Positions 35,028 through 43,729 of a stretch of DNA of 56,668 bases are shown one piece after another. The first letter of the stretch is position 1. Each line of letters begins with the position of its first letter. The DNA lies in the IMG/VR virus record IMGVR_UViG_3300028831_000281, positions 1 to 56,668 of that record; one strand, given 5' to 3'. This DNA is from a virus. The notes beneath the pieces were generated by a model that saw only the letters and a list, made by a program, of their open reading frames with translations, was not told the DNA's origin and did no database searches. Made by a program: the position numbers and the translations under genes.

Positions 35028-35062
35028 GACCCCCGGCTATGGCCTGCCAGCCACCGGGGGTC
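35028..35062 (+). terminator. GC-rich hairpin
   Basis: 9-bp stem gacccccgg / ccgggggtc, 17-nt loop, preceded by an AT-rich run (aagaaataaat). Confidence 0.55.
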
Positions 35063-35071
35063 TACGAAGTA

Positions 35072-35155
35072 GGGATGCAGGATCGAGCATAGCCGTACCC
35101 CCCTGGGTGCGTGCAACCGCTCACCCCTGCATCCCCCTATCTGAAAGGGGGATGC
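35072..35155 (+). promoter_or_regulatory. RBS-sequestering hairpin with an upstream competing arm (or three GGGATGC sites)
   Basis: gcatccccct (35129-35138) pairs with agggggatgc (35146-35155), covering the SD before TTG 35157. gggatgcagg (35072-35081) is complementary to cctgcatccc (35126-35135). Confidence 0.5.
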
Positions 35156-35156
35156 C

Positions 35157-36158
35157 TTGAGTGTCAAGGCCATCACCTGGGTGTGGGAGCACTCCGAATC
35201 GTCCGGCACCGCGCGCATGGTGCTGCTGGCTATCGCCGACGCTGCCGACCACCACGGTGCCAACGCCTGGCCCTCCCAGCCGACCCTGGCCGCCATGTGC
35301 CGGATCTCCGTGCGCACCGTGATCCGGGCCGTCGCCGAACTGGAGCAGCTCGGCGAACTGGAAGTCATCCAGCACGGCGGGCCCGCCTACCGTGAGGACC
35401 GCCGGCCAAACCGGTATCGCCTGGTCAAGATGGGCCCGCCTACGGGGTGTCAGCCTGTCACCCCGTTACTGCCCCCACGGGGTGACAGCCGCGCGCCACG
35501 GGGTGACAAGTACGACGAACGGGGTGACACTGCTGTCACGTTACCCACCCTTTTAGACCCGTCCTTCTCAGAACAAAAGATCCCCTCCGGGGGCTCCCTG
35601 CGGGAGACCGATCCGTCGAAGGATTCCGACATGACCCGAACCCCGAACCCGTCCGATGCCCTGCCCCTCGAGTTCACAGACAGCCTGGAGGAGGAGATGG
35701 CACCCCCGCCTCCTGGCAGACCGGCTGCGGCTACCGGTGCGCAGGCTGTCGTGGCCGCTTTCGTCGATGCCTTCCGTCGCCACCACGACGGCACCGACCC
35801 GGCCAAGAGCAGCAAGGGCCGTGTGGCCCGCGACGCCGCGCAACTTCTGGCCGGCGGAACCAAGCACGAGGTACTAATCCAGGCCGCCACCGCCATGGGC
35901 GCCACCCCGTACTCGAACCTTCCGGTGCAGGTGTCGATGCTGAGCCAGCGCGGCGGGGCGAGCAAGGGTGTGGCCCCGATCGCCCCGATCGGTTCGTTCG
36001 ACCAGGCCGCCGCCGAACGGCACGCCCGGTTCCTGGAGGAGGTGCGCACCGACCCGGAGGCCGCCGCGTGGGTGGCCCGCGATCCGGCGCAGGTGGCGAA
36101 ACTGATCGCCGAGGACCCGACGCTGGAGCCCGTGTTCGCCCGGTTGGGCGCGGCATGA
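35157..36158 (+). CDS. helix-turn-helix replication-initiator-like DNA-binding protein
   Basis: ORF track (TTG). N-terminal ITWVWEHSESSGTARMVLLAIADAADHHG..PSQPTLAAMCRISVRTVIRAVAELEQLGEL is a winged-HTH pattern. Lies upstream of the DnaC-like gene. Confidence 0.6.
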   Translation: MSVKAITWVWEHSESSGTARMVLLAIADAADHHGANAWPSQPTLAAMCRISVRTVIRAVAELEQLGELEVIQHGGPAYREDRRPNRYRLVKMGPPTGCQPVTPLLPPRGDSRAPRGDKYDERGDTAVTLPTLLDPSFSEQKIPSGGSLRETDPSKDSDMTRTPNPSDALPLEFTDSLEEEMAPPPPGRPAAATGAQAVVAAFVDAFRRHHDGTDPAKSSKGRVARDAAQLLAGGTKHEVLIQAATAMGATPYSNLPVQVSMLSQRGGASKGVAPIAPIGSFDQAAAERHARFLEEVRTDPEAAAWVARDPAQVAKLIAEDPTLEPVFARLGAA

Positions 36159-36955
36159 GCAGCTCACAGCCTGTTGCACCCCCCGCCCGTGGTGGGTATG
36201 GTTGGAATATGGACGACAGCGCTCGGCTCCAGGCCGAGGTGGAGCGGCGGGCCCGCAAGGCCCCGTCGCGCGCGCCCATCGGCCAGGTCATCAACCAGAT
36301 CGCCGCCCGCCAGGGCGTGGACCTGGAGCGCATGAACGACCCGCAGCTCGGCGACAAGCTGATCGCCGAGAAGGACGCCGCGCTGCGCGATGAGCGCATC
36401 CGCCGCCAGGTCGCCATCCACCTGGCATCGCTGCCGCCGCGCTTCCGGGAGGCCGACTTCCCGGCGACCGACTTCGGCCGAGACGCCCGCCGCTGGCTGG
36501 AGGAGTTCCGGCAGGCCCGCAGCAAGGGTGAGCCCGGTCGCCGGCTGGTGATCCTGGGTGACCCGGGCGCGGGCAAGACGTGGACCGCGTGCGCCATCGC
36601 CCGTGAGCTGCTGATCACCGACGTGATCCCCACTACGGTGATCACCACCGCCGACATGCTGGCTGCGATGCGTCCCGGCGGCGACGGTCTCGAGGTGGAC
36701 ATGGTCCAGTTCGCCCTGGCCCCCGTGCTGGTGCTGGACGACTTCGGGGTGGAGAAGCTCACGGAGTGGGCTGCCGAGCAGCTCTACCGGCTGGCCGACA
36801 TGCGCTACCGGGAGGCCCGGCCCACCATCGTCACCAGCAACCTGACGGGGGAGCAGATCAAGGCCCGCTACGACCGGCGCACGGTCGAGCGGCTGTTCGG
36901 CGGCGCCCAGCTGATCCAGATCGCGGGCGGTTCGCTACGCCAGCTTCCCTTCTGA
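36155..36955 (+). CDS. DnaC/IstB-like AAA+ ATPase (helicase loader)
   Basis: Internal ATG of ORF 36068..36955 with ATGA overlap. Walker A GDPGAGKT, Walker B LVLDDFG, and TIVTSNL. Confidence 0.85.
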   Translation: MSSSQPVAPPARGGYGWNMDDSARLQAEVERRARKAPSRAPIGQVINQIAARQGVDLERMNDPQLGDKLIAEKDAALRDERIRRQVAIHLASLPPRFREADFPATDFGRDARRWLEEFRQARSKGEPGRRLVILGDPGAGKTWTACAIARELLITDVIPTTVITTADMLAAMRPGGDGLEVDMVQFALAPVLVLDDFGVEKLTEWAAEQLYRLADMRYREARPTIVTSNLTGEQIKARYDRRTVERLFGGAQLIQIAGGSLRQLPF

Positions 36956-36969
36956 CCCGAGAGGACCCG

Positions 36970-37419
36970 ATGCCCGAACAGCCCCGCACCCAGCCGCTGA
37001 GCTGGTGGGAGAAGATCACCGAGGCGGTCGGCTGGTTCGTCGCCCTGGTGCTGTGGAATCTGAGCCGTGTACCGGAGGTGTGGCGCCGCGCGCCTATGCT
37101 GGATCGGACCATCCTGACCTTGGAGGTCATCCTCCTGGGCGTGATATTCACGTTCGCGATCCTGGCTCCGGGTGGCTGGGACCTGGCGTGGTCATTCGTG
37201 GTGGGCATCTTCGCCGCCCGCGTGGCCATGGAGTTCTCCCGCGTCAACCGTGACGTGGTCGAGCGGGAGAAGACCCTGCGCCTGCTGGCCACCGAGCCCA
37301 CCGGGGCGCCGCGCGTGGCTGTGGTGGCCTGCACCCACGGCGACTACTTCCGGTTCGCCTACGGCCCGGATGGGTGGCAGGAGATCGGGCCTGCCGCCGC
37401 CGAGGAGATCCCCCGCTGA
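36970..37419 (+). CDS. membrane protein
   Basis: Internal ATG of ORF 36766..37419 after GAGAGGACCCG. 149 aa with three TM helices. Confidence 0.6.
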   Translation: MPEQPRTQPLSWWEKITEAVGWFVALVLWNLSRVPEVWRRAPMLDRTILTLEVILLGVIFTFAILAPGGWDLAWSFVVGIFAARVAMEFSRVNRDVVEREKTLRLLATEPTGAPRVAVVACTHGDYFRFAYGPDGWQEIGPAAAEEIPR

Positions 37420-37437
37420 GCTGAAGGGTTACTGGTC

Positions 37438-38328
37438 ATGGAATATCGGATCATCCCGCGTGCCGAGTGGGGCGCCCGATACGACAACGGCAGCGGGCAC
37501 CGCGCGCTGCCGGCCACCGAGGTGTGGCTGCACCACTCGGTCACGATCGCCCCCGACCTGATCCCGCCGTTCGATGACGACTACCAGGCGATCCGGGACC
37601 TGGAGCAGATCGGGGAGGACCGGTTCGGCAGCGGCATCTCCTACACCTGGCCGATCACCCCCGCCGGGCTGATCTTCGAAGGCCACTCGCCGGACCGGAT
37701 CGGCACCCACACCCAGAACCACAACACGGTGGCGTCGGCGATCTGCTACGTGGGCAACTACGAGATCGCCGCGCCGACCGTGGAGCAGACCAGCGCCACG
37801 GCCTGGCTGCTCCAGCACGCGAAGGCCAACGGCTGGATCAAGTATCCCCAGATCACGGGCGGACACCAGGATCTGAAGGCCACCGCCTGCCCCGGGGCCC
37901 TGGCCTACGCCGAGATCCCGACGATCAACACGCTGGCTGCGGGGCCGCCCATCGTGGCTGTGGAGCCCAAGAAGGACGAGGAGCACGACATGCCCAATGG
38001 AGCGTTCGAACCCCGACTTGACCCGGCCAAGCCGGGCCGGATATCGATCCCCATACCGCAGGTGGGCGGTGACACCGGTCTGCGCGGGGCCCGGCTGCAC
38101 ACGTCGTGCGGCTGGTACAACGAGCTGCGCTACAAGGTGTGGTTCGCCAAGCACGGCGGCGGATATGTCAGCAACCCCGGCAAGCCGGTTCCGGAAGAGT
38201 ACGTGACCCGGTCGGACCAGCCCGGCTACATCGCGGTTCCGATCAACGCCGCCCAGATTTCGATCGAGTACACCACCACCCTGGACAACTCGCTGGCGGG
38301 CTGGACGGTCGAGCTGGACTACGCATAG
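37438..38328 (+). CDS. endolysin, N-acetylmuramoyl-L-alanine amidase (PGRP/amidase_2 type)
   Basis: IIPRAEWGA, LHHSVT, GHQDLKATACPG motifs. C-terminal ~120 aa of unknown type. Confidence 0.85.
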   Translation: MEYRIIPRAEWGARYDNGSGHRALPATEVWLHHSVTIAPDLIPPFDDDYQAIRDLEQIGEDRFGSGISYTWPITPAGLIFEGHSPDRIGTHTQNHNTVASAICYVGNYEIAAPTVEQTSATAWLLQHAKANGWIKYPQITGGHQDLKATACPGALAYAEIPTINTLAAGPPIVAVEPKKDEEHDMPNGAFEPRLDPAKPGRISIPIPQVGGDTGLRGARLHTSCGWYNELRYKVWFAKHGGGYVSNPGKPVPEEYVTRSDQPGYIAVPINAAQISIEYTTTLDNSLAGWTVELDYA

Positions 38329-38333
38329 CCCTC

Positions 38334-38696
38334 ATGGCTCCCCGAGCGCGACAGGCCCGGCTCCCCGACGCCGGGCCTGTCGCCTTGTCCGAGGACGACT
38401 TGAAGCGCCGCATCCTGGACGCCGCGAAACTATATGGCTGGCAGCGCCACCACGGCAGACCGGCCCGCACCGCGAAGGGCTGGCGCACCCCGATCGAGGG
38501 TGATCCCGGCTTCCCCGATCTCGTGCTGGCCCGCGATGGGGTACTCATCGTGGCCGAGCTGAAACGGAACGACGCTTACCCGACTCCGCAGCAACGTGCC
38601 TGGTTGGCGCAGCTAGGACCCTATGGCCGGTTGTGGCGGCCGAGGGACTGGGACGCCATCCTGGCCGAGCTTTCCACCCCCCGCAGACCGGGGTAG
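38334..38696 (+). CDS. VRR-NUC domain nuclease
   Basis: Internal ATG of ORF 38106..38696. GFPDLVLARDGVLIVAELKRNDAYPTPQQRAWL matches the VRR-NUC core. Confidence 0.85.
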   Translation: MAPRARQARLPDAGPVALSEDDLKRRILDAAKLYGWQRHHGRPARTAKGWRTPIEGDPGFPDLVLARDGVLIVAELKRNDAYPTPQQRAWLAQLGPYGRLWRPRDWDAILAELSTPRRPG

Positions 38697-38735
38697 GCTG
38701 AAGATCGGCGACCGTCTCAGCCCCCTGGAGATCAC

Positions 38736-39314
38736 ATGAGCGACGAACCAGGCACCTGGACACGCGGGGGAATCCAGTGCAAAGCCAAGAGCAAGGGCAG
38801 TCAGAAGCGCTGCCGCCGGCCGGCCACGCCCGGGCACCTGGTGTGCAAGCTGCACGGGTCGGCCAGCCCACAAGCCAAGCGCCGCGTCGAACGGGACCGG
38901 CTCATCGCCGAGGTGGAGTTGGGCGCCCGCAAGGCCCTGGACAAGCTGGGCTTCGAGCCGGTCCAGGACCCGCTGACCGAGCTTCAGCGGCTCGGCGGTG
39001 AGGTGGTGGCCTGGAAGGACCTGTTGCGCAAACTGGTGGACAAGCTGCAACAGAAGTACCGGTACGAGGGTGAGCACGCCGAGCAGATCCGGGGAGAGGT
39101 GCTGCTGTTCGAGCGCGCCCTCGACCGGTGCGCCATGGTGCTGGGCCTGATCGCCCGGCTGAAGATCGATGACCGGTTGGTGGCGATCGAGGAAGCCAAG
39201 GTCACCCAGATCGTGGATGCGGTGGAGACGGCCCTGGACGCGCTGGGCCTGTCGGTGGAGCAGCAGCTCGAGGCCAAGGCTGAAGTGGCCCGGACACTTC
39301 GGGTGGTGGGTTGA
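38736..39314 (+). CDS. terminase small subunit
   Basis: ORF track. N-terminal basic Cys cluster CKAKSKGSQKRCRRPATPGHLVCKLHG typical of actinophage TerS. Directly upstream of TerL. Confidence 0.75.
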   Translation: MSDEPGTWTRGGIQCKAKSKGSQKRCRRPATPGHLVCKLHGSASPQAKRRVERDRLIAEVELGARKALDKLGFEPVQDPLTELQRLGGEVVAWKDLLRKLVDKLQQKYRYEGEHAEQIRGEVLLFERALDRCAMVLGLIARLKIDDRLVAIEEAKVTQIVDAVETALDALGLSVEQQLEAKAEVARTLRVVG

Positions 39315-40897
39315 CCAGTGTTCTGGAGCGCGCGGCCGATGCGCTCGCGGAGAAGGCCAGCCCGCCGTACCTGAAGAAGATTCGGGACTGGCGGGATTCG
39401 TCCTGTGTGGACCCGCAGCGCTACCCGTCCCACGAGATCGCGCCCAACTGGGACGGCCCCGGCACGCTGTGCCGATCGTGCGCCACCTGTCGGCCTGAGC
39501 AGCGGCTGCCCGGCGGCGACTGGGACACCTGGCTATATTGTGCCGGCAGGGGGGCCGGCAAGACACGTAGCGCCGCCGAGGTGGTCGCCGAAACCCTGGT
39601 GATGAACCGGCGCTGGCGCATCGCCGTGCTGGCCCCCACCTACGCCGATGGCCGCGACACCTGCATCGAGGGCGAGTCCGGGCTGATCTCCATCTTCGAC
39701 CGGTGGGGCTGGCGCGAGGGCCGCGAGTACGTCTGGAACCGCAGCCTGGGTGAGCTGATCGTGCGCGCCACCCGATCCCGGGTGAAGCTCTACAGCGCCG
39801 AGAAGCCGGCCCGGCTGCGCGGACCCCAGCACCACATGGCGTGGGTGGACGAGCTGGCCCAGGTGGTCAAGGACGCCCCCGACGCCTGGGACATGCTGCT
39901 GTTCGGCCTGCGCCTAGGACGCCATCCCCGGGTCATCTGCACCACCACCCCGTTGCCCGTCCAGGTGATCAAGGATCTGCTGGCGGACGAAACCTGCACC
40001 GTCACCCGGGGCACCACCGACGACAACGCCGCCAACCTGGCCCCCGTGGTGTTGCGCAAGCTGCACCGCAAGTACGACGGCACCCGGCTGGGTCGCCAGG
40101 AGCTGGGCGCCGAGCTGCTCGATGACATCCCCGGCGCGCTGTGGCGCCGCGCATGGCTGGACGACGGGCGCATCCCCACCGAGCTGGTGGCGCGCTGGCA
40201 CGAGTGGACCGCCGAGCGCACCCAGCCGGTGGCCGCCGCGATCCTCGCCGAGCTGGAGGCGCGCGGAATCGTCCTGCACCGCATCGTGGTGGCGGTGGAC
40301 CCGGCGGTCACTTCCGGGGACGGCGACGAGGAACCCGGCGCCATGGCCACCAAGAAGGGCAAGAGCCGGGCCGACGAGTCCGGCATCGTGGTGGCCGGGC
40401 GCGGCGACGACGGGCACTTCTACGTGCTGGCCGACTACACGATCCGCGACACCCCGGATGCGGTCATGGCTAAAGTGATCCAGGCGGTGGACGACTGGGG
40501 CGCCAACGGCGTGATCGTGGAGACCAACAACGGCGGCGACTACATCCCCGGCATGCTGCGGATGTCCTGCCGGATCACCGGCCACCCCTCGATCGCCATC
40601 GAGAAGGTCCACGCCAAGAAGTCGAAGCGGGTCCGCGCCGAGCCGGTCTCGGCGATCTACGGCCAGGGTCAGGCCCACCACGTAGGCACTCACCACCACC
40701 TGGAGGACCAGATTTGCATCTGGTCTGCGGAGCTTCCGGAGTCGCCGGACCGAATGGACGCCCTGGTCTACGCCATTCTGCACCTGGACGTGCTCGGCCT
40801 GGGCTCCGAGGTGATGGCACCCAGCGGGGCGCGCGGCCGGCTTCCGCGACACCAGATGCGCAGGCACGTTCCGACCGGCTCCAGGAGGTACCGGTGA
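39311..40897 (+). CDS. terminase large subunit
   Basis: ORF track (TTG). Walker A CAGRGAGKT, then VKLYSAEKPARLRGPQHHMAWVDE, and a C-terminal nuclease-like half. Confidence 0.9.
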   Translation: MTSVLERAADALAEKASPPYLKKIRDWRDSSCVDPQRYPSHEIAPNWDGPGTLCRSCATCRPEQRLPGGDWDTWLYCAGRGAGKTRSAAEVVAETLVMNRRWRIAVLAPTYADGRDTCIEGESGLISIFDRWGWREGREYVWNRSLGELIVRATRSRVKLYSAEKPARLRGPQHHMAWVDELAQVVKDAPDAWDMLLFGLRLGRHPRVICTTTPLPVQVIKDLLADETCTVTRGTTDDNAANLAPVVLRKLHRKYDGTRLGRQELGAELLDDIPGALWRRAWLDDGRIPTELVARWHEWTAERTQPVAAAILAELEARGIVLHRIVVAVDPAVTSGDGDEEPGAMATKKGKSRADESGIVVAGRGDDGHFYVLADYTIRDTPDAVMAKVIQAVDDWGANGVIVETNNGGDYIPGMLRMSCRITGHPSIAIEKVHAKKSKRVRAEPVSAIYGQGQAHHVGTHHHLEDQICIWSAELPESPDRMDALVYAILHLDVLGLGSEVMAPSGARGRLPRHQMRRHVPTGSRRYR

Positions 40898-41355
40898 GCT
40901 TCTCCGATCCGCTGCCGGCCCGGCACGCCCGCCGGCTGGTGTCGAACGTTCCGCTGAACGTGGAGGCCCTGCCGGGCGGCAAGTACCGGGTGTCGAGTCC
41001 GGCGGCACGCGGCTGGGCTGGCGTGGCGGGTACGCCGCACGAGCTGGCCCGCGTGCTGGCGCAGGCATTCCACGAGGTGACCCGGGCGTCGGTGGCCCGC
41101 GCGAACCGGGACCGCTATGACCTGGACGGGCTGACCATGAAGGTGGCCGGCGACCCGCTGGCGGGCAAACCGCAGGCCCGGATTCGCGCGGCGCCGGGCG
41201 CGGCGACCCGGTCGATCAGGCACCGTGCGCACGCCCCGGAGTCGTGGACCCGGATGGAGGACGGGCGGTGGCGCTCACCGGGCGGCCGGATGTACTCGCA
41301 CGACTCGGCGGCGGTGCGCAGCGTGCGCAAGCGACTGGGTGAGGACCCCTCTTGA
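40894..41355 (+). CDS. hypothetical protein
   Basis: GTG inside ORF 40714..41355 after AGGAGG with GTGA overlap. 153 aa, basic. Confidence 0.6.
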   Translation: MSFSDPLPARHARRLVSNVPLNVEALPGGKYRVSSPAARGWAGVAGTPHELARVLAQAFHEVTRASVARANRDRYDLDGLTMKVAGDPLAGKPQARIRAAPGAATRSIRHRAHAPESWTRMEDGRWRSPGGRMYSHDSAAVRSVRKRLGEDPS

Positions 41356-41402
41356 CCGGGGGTGTACCATGGGGGGAAGGCCCGAAACCCCAAGGAGGTC
41401 AT

Positions 41403-41774
41403 ATGAAGCCCCCCGCCCTGGTCGAGATGAAACCGGAGACCTACAAGGCCGACGAGCTGCTGATGTTCTACGGCTTCCGCCGGGACAGCCTGCGAGACGG
41501 GACCCTGCTCACCTACGAGCACAGCCACGGCGCCGTGCCGGTGTTGGTGGTGCTGGACGTGACCGCAAACTCGGCGAGGCTGTCGCGCTCGATTCCGGGT
41601 GAGCCGTTCAAGCCGTGGTCCTGTGTGGTGTCCCCGCAGCCGTTGCGGGCTGCGCTCGAGGCGTGCTGGTTCGTCGCGATCAGCCACGGATTGACCCCCC
41701 CGACTATAGGGGGTACGCTGGTCACCGACTGGAAGGAACGTCACACCCCCGATACCCAGAAGGACACCGAGTGA
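41403..41774 (+). CDS. hypothetical protein
   Basis: Internal ATG of ORF 41352..41774 after AAGGAGG. A degenerate cassette remnant lies at 41352-41370. Confidence 0.65.
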   Translation: MKPPALVEMKPETYKADELLMFYGFRRDSLRDGTLLTYEHSHGAVPVLVVLDVTANSARLSRSIPGEPFKPWSCVVSPQPLRAALEACWFVAISHGLTPPTIGGTLVTDWKERHTPDTQKDTE

Positions 41775-42334
41775 AGCCCACCGACTTCCCCCTGCACCGC
41801 GTCACCGACCTGATCAACCAACTACACCAGGCCACCGACAACGAACTCACCGCCGCTCGCCGGCTACGCCTAGACGGCCAGCCCGGATCGCGCGAACGCC
41901 TGGAGAGTGCCCTGGCCTACTCCGGTGCCGCCCACGCGGTCAACCGCGCCTACCTGGCGATACTCGGCGACCTGGACGCCGCCGCCGCCCACGAGCACAC
42001 CATGCAAGACGCCCGCGACCGGCAGGACGCTGGCAAGGAGGACGCCGGCACCGCCATGCAGCACCCGTGGCCGATCGACGGACTGGAGCTGCTCGGCGGA
42101 ACCGAGCGTCACCCGCAGTGGGGCGTTCGCTCCAGGCTGGGCACCCGCGTCATGCTCTATCGCTCGCTTTCTGGCGGTGTCCGGATGGGGCTCCAGGTCG
42201 AGGACAAGTCCGTCACCCTGGAGGGTGAAGACTGGCAGGCCCTGAACGCCCTGGCGCAGCGCATCCTGGCCGACGTGCCGGTCCCGTGGGGTACCCGGGC
42301 GCCAGCCCCCGATGACGACGAGTTCACCGAATGA
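41771..42334 (+). CDS. hypothetical protein
   Basis: GTG inside ORF 41615..42334 with GTGA overlap. 187 aa. Confidence 0.6.
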   Translation: MKPTDFPLHRVTDLINQLHQATDNELTAARRLRLDGQPGSRERLESALAYSGAAHAVNRAYLAILGDLDAAAAHEHTMQDARDRQDAGKEDAGTAMQHPWPIDGLELLGGTERHPQWGVRSRLGTRVMLYRSLSGGVRMGLQVEDKSVTLEGEDWQALNALAQRILADVPVPWGTRAPAPDDDEFTE

Positions 42335-42939
42335 GCGCCCAAGTGGATGCCGCCGAGCTGCTCGCCGCGCTCGGCGACCTGGAGCGCACCGCCGGCAAGG
42401 ATCGCACGCTGCCCATGCTGGCCGGCGTCATGCTGCACGCCCATCCGGGTGACGGCCGGCTGTACCTGACGAGCACCAACCGGTTCGTCATGGGCCAGGC
42501 GTGGCTGCCGTGCGAGGGTGACCTGAAGGCCACTTTCCTGGCCCTGGATTCGGTCAGTGTCGTGCGAGCCCTGCTCGGCGCCGCGTTCGGCCCGGTGGAG
42601 CTGGCCCGAAACGATCAGGAGATCGTGCTGTCCGCGCGGGGTTCGGGTGAGCTGGCGCTGCCGGTCGTCGATGACCACGGTTTCCCGAACGTGGAATCGA
42701 TCATCAAGTCGGCGCCGGCCGAGGGCAACACGGACGCCACGCTGGGCGCTGACCTGGTCTCCGCGCTGGCCATGATCGCCCGGCGCCGCCGTGAGCCGCT
42801 GCGCTTCCGGTTCGGTACCGCGCTCAAGCCGTCCGTGATCGAGATCGGCCAGCAGTATCGCGCCATGATCATGCCGGTGATCGCTCCGCCGGTCGAGGAG
42901 TTCATCTGGTCCGTACCGCACACAGAAAGGACACCGTGA
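42331..42939 (+). CDS. DNA polymerase III beta sliding-clamp-like protein (short, ~2 domains)
   Basis: ORF track. TLPMLAGVMLHA..GRLYLTSTNRFVM and DHGFPNV resemble DnaN domain I and the linker. Only 202 aa. Confidence 0.55.
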   Translation: MSAQVDAAELLAALGDLERTAGKDRTLPMLAGVMLHAHPGDGRLYLTSTNRFVMGQAWLPCEGDLKATFLALDSVSVVRALLGAAFGPVELARNDQEIVLSARGSGELALPVVDDHGFPNVESIIKSAPAEGNTDATLGADLVSALAMIARRRREPLRFRFGTALKPSVIEIGQQYRAMIMPVIAPPVEEFIWSVPHTERTP

Positions 42940-43043
42940 TGGGCCGCCACCGCGCCGTCCCACCGCCCCGCTTTGCCGCCCTGCGCCGCGCTGGAGCCAC
43001 CGCGCGCCTGTTCGGCGCCGTCCTGTCCGCCATGCTGCGATGA
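42939..43043 (+). CDS. small hypothetical protein (34 aa)
   Basis: Not in the ORF track. ATG overlaps the upstream stop (GTGATG) and its stop overlaps the next ATG (ATGA). Tight coupling on both sides. Confidence 0.35.
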   Translation: MGRHRAVPPPRFAALRRAGATARLFGAVLSAMLR

Positions 43044-43540
43044 AGCCGCCAGGGCCGATCCTGGCCCGCAGCCTGTTCGCCCAGCCGGGGCACGTCGTGG
43101 AGATGGACGGCCAGTGGCGCTGGAACGGCGAGGAGTGGCTTCCGTTGCAGCCGGGTGACATCTGCCGGCACGGCCAGACCGGGGCCAGCCTGCTGTGGAC
43201 TGGCCAGGAGTGGAAGCTGCCCACCTGGTCGAAGTCCGACCGTGACGAGCTGGCCGCCGTGATCGACCCGGAGGCGTTCAGTGGCCAGGACACCGAGGAC
43301 GCCACGCACTGGGAGATCCGCCGGGCCCTGGCCCGCGAGTCGGCCCGCCGCGCCCTGGTCCACGGCTACGTGCTCTCCACCCGACTGGCCGCGCTCGAGC
43401 CGGTGGTCTACCACACCAAGGGCCTGGGCTACGAGGTGGGCGATCGGGTGGACGTGACGTGGTCCAACGGCCGGCGCACCCGGCACGAAGTGATCGAAAT
43501 CGTAGACGGTCGGCCGGTGCTGCTGGCCCTGGAACCGTGA
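43040..43540 (+). CDS. hypothetical protein
   Basis: ORF track. 166 aa. Confidence 0.65.
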   Translation: MKPPGPILARSLFAQPGHVVEMDGQWRWNGEEWLPLQPGDICRHGQTGASLLWTGQEWKLPTWSKSDRDELAAVIDPEAFSGQDTEDATHWEIRRALARESARRALVHGYVLSTRLAALEPVVYHTKGLGYEVGDRVDVTWSNGRRTRHEVIEIVDGRPVLLALEP

Positions 43541-43552
43541 GAGGGGGAAACC

Positions 43553-43729
43553 ATGGCAGAGACGGACAAGGAGAAGGCCGCCCGCGAGGCGCGTGAGGCC
43601 GCAGCCAAGACAAAGGCAAGGGGCAGCATCGTGCGCGCCACGCTGAAGGGCAACAAGACCGCAGCCAAGACCGAGACGGGCAAGGCCACCGCGAAGGTGC
43701 TGAAGTCCGCCGCGAAGAACAAGCGGTGA
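43553..43729 (+). CDS. small Lys/Ala-rich basic protein (58 aa)
   Basis: Not in the ORF track. ATG after GAGGGGGAAACC. MAETDKEKAAREAREAAAKTKARG..KSAAKNKR. Stop overlaps the next GTG. Confidence 0.55.
   Translation: MAETDKEKAAREAREAAAKTKARGSIVRATLKGNKTAAKTETGKATAKVLKSAAKNKR

Noticed and set aside
41352-41402. The cassette-like sequence cTTGACCGGGGGTGTACCATgggg.. considered as a functional promoter for 41403..41774.
   Set aside because: The C-run and loop are deleted, so the TTGACC and TACCAT boxes are only 7 nt apart. It is probably a decayed copy, and the gene has its own AAGGAGG SD and may be read from upstream.
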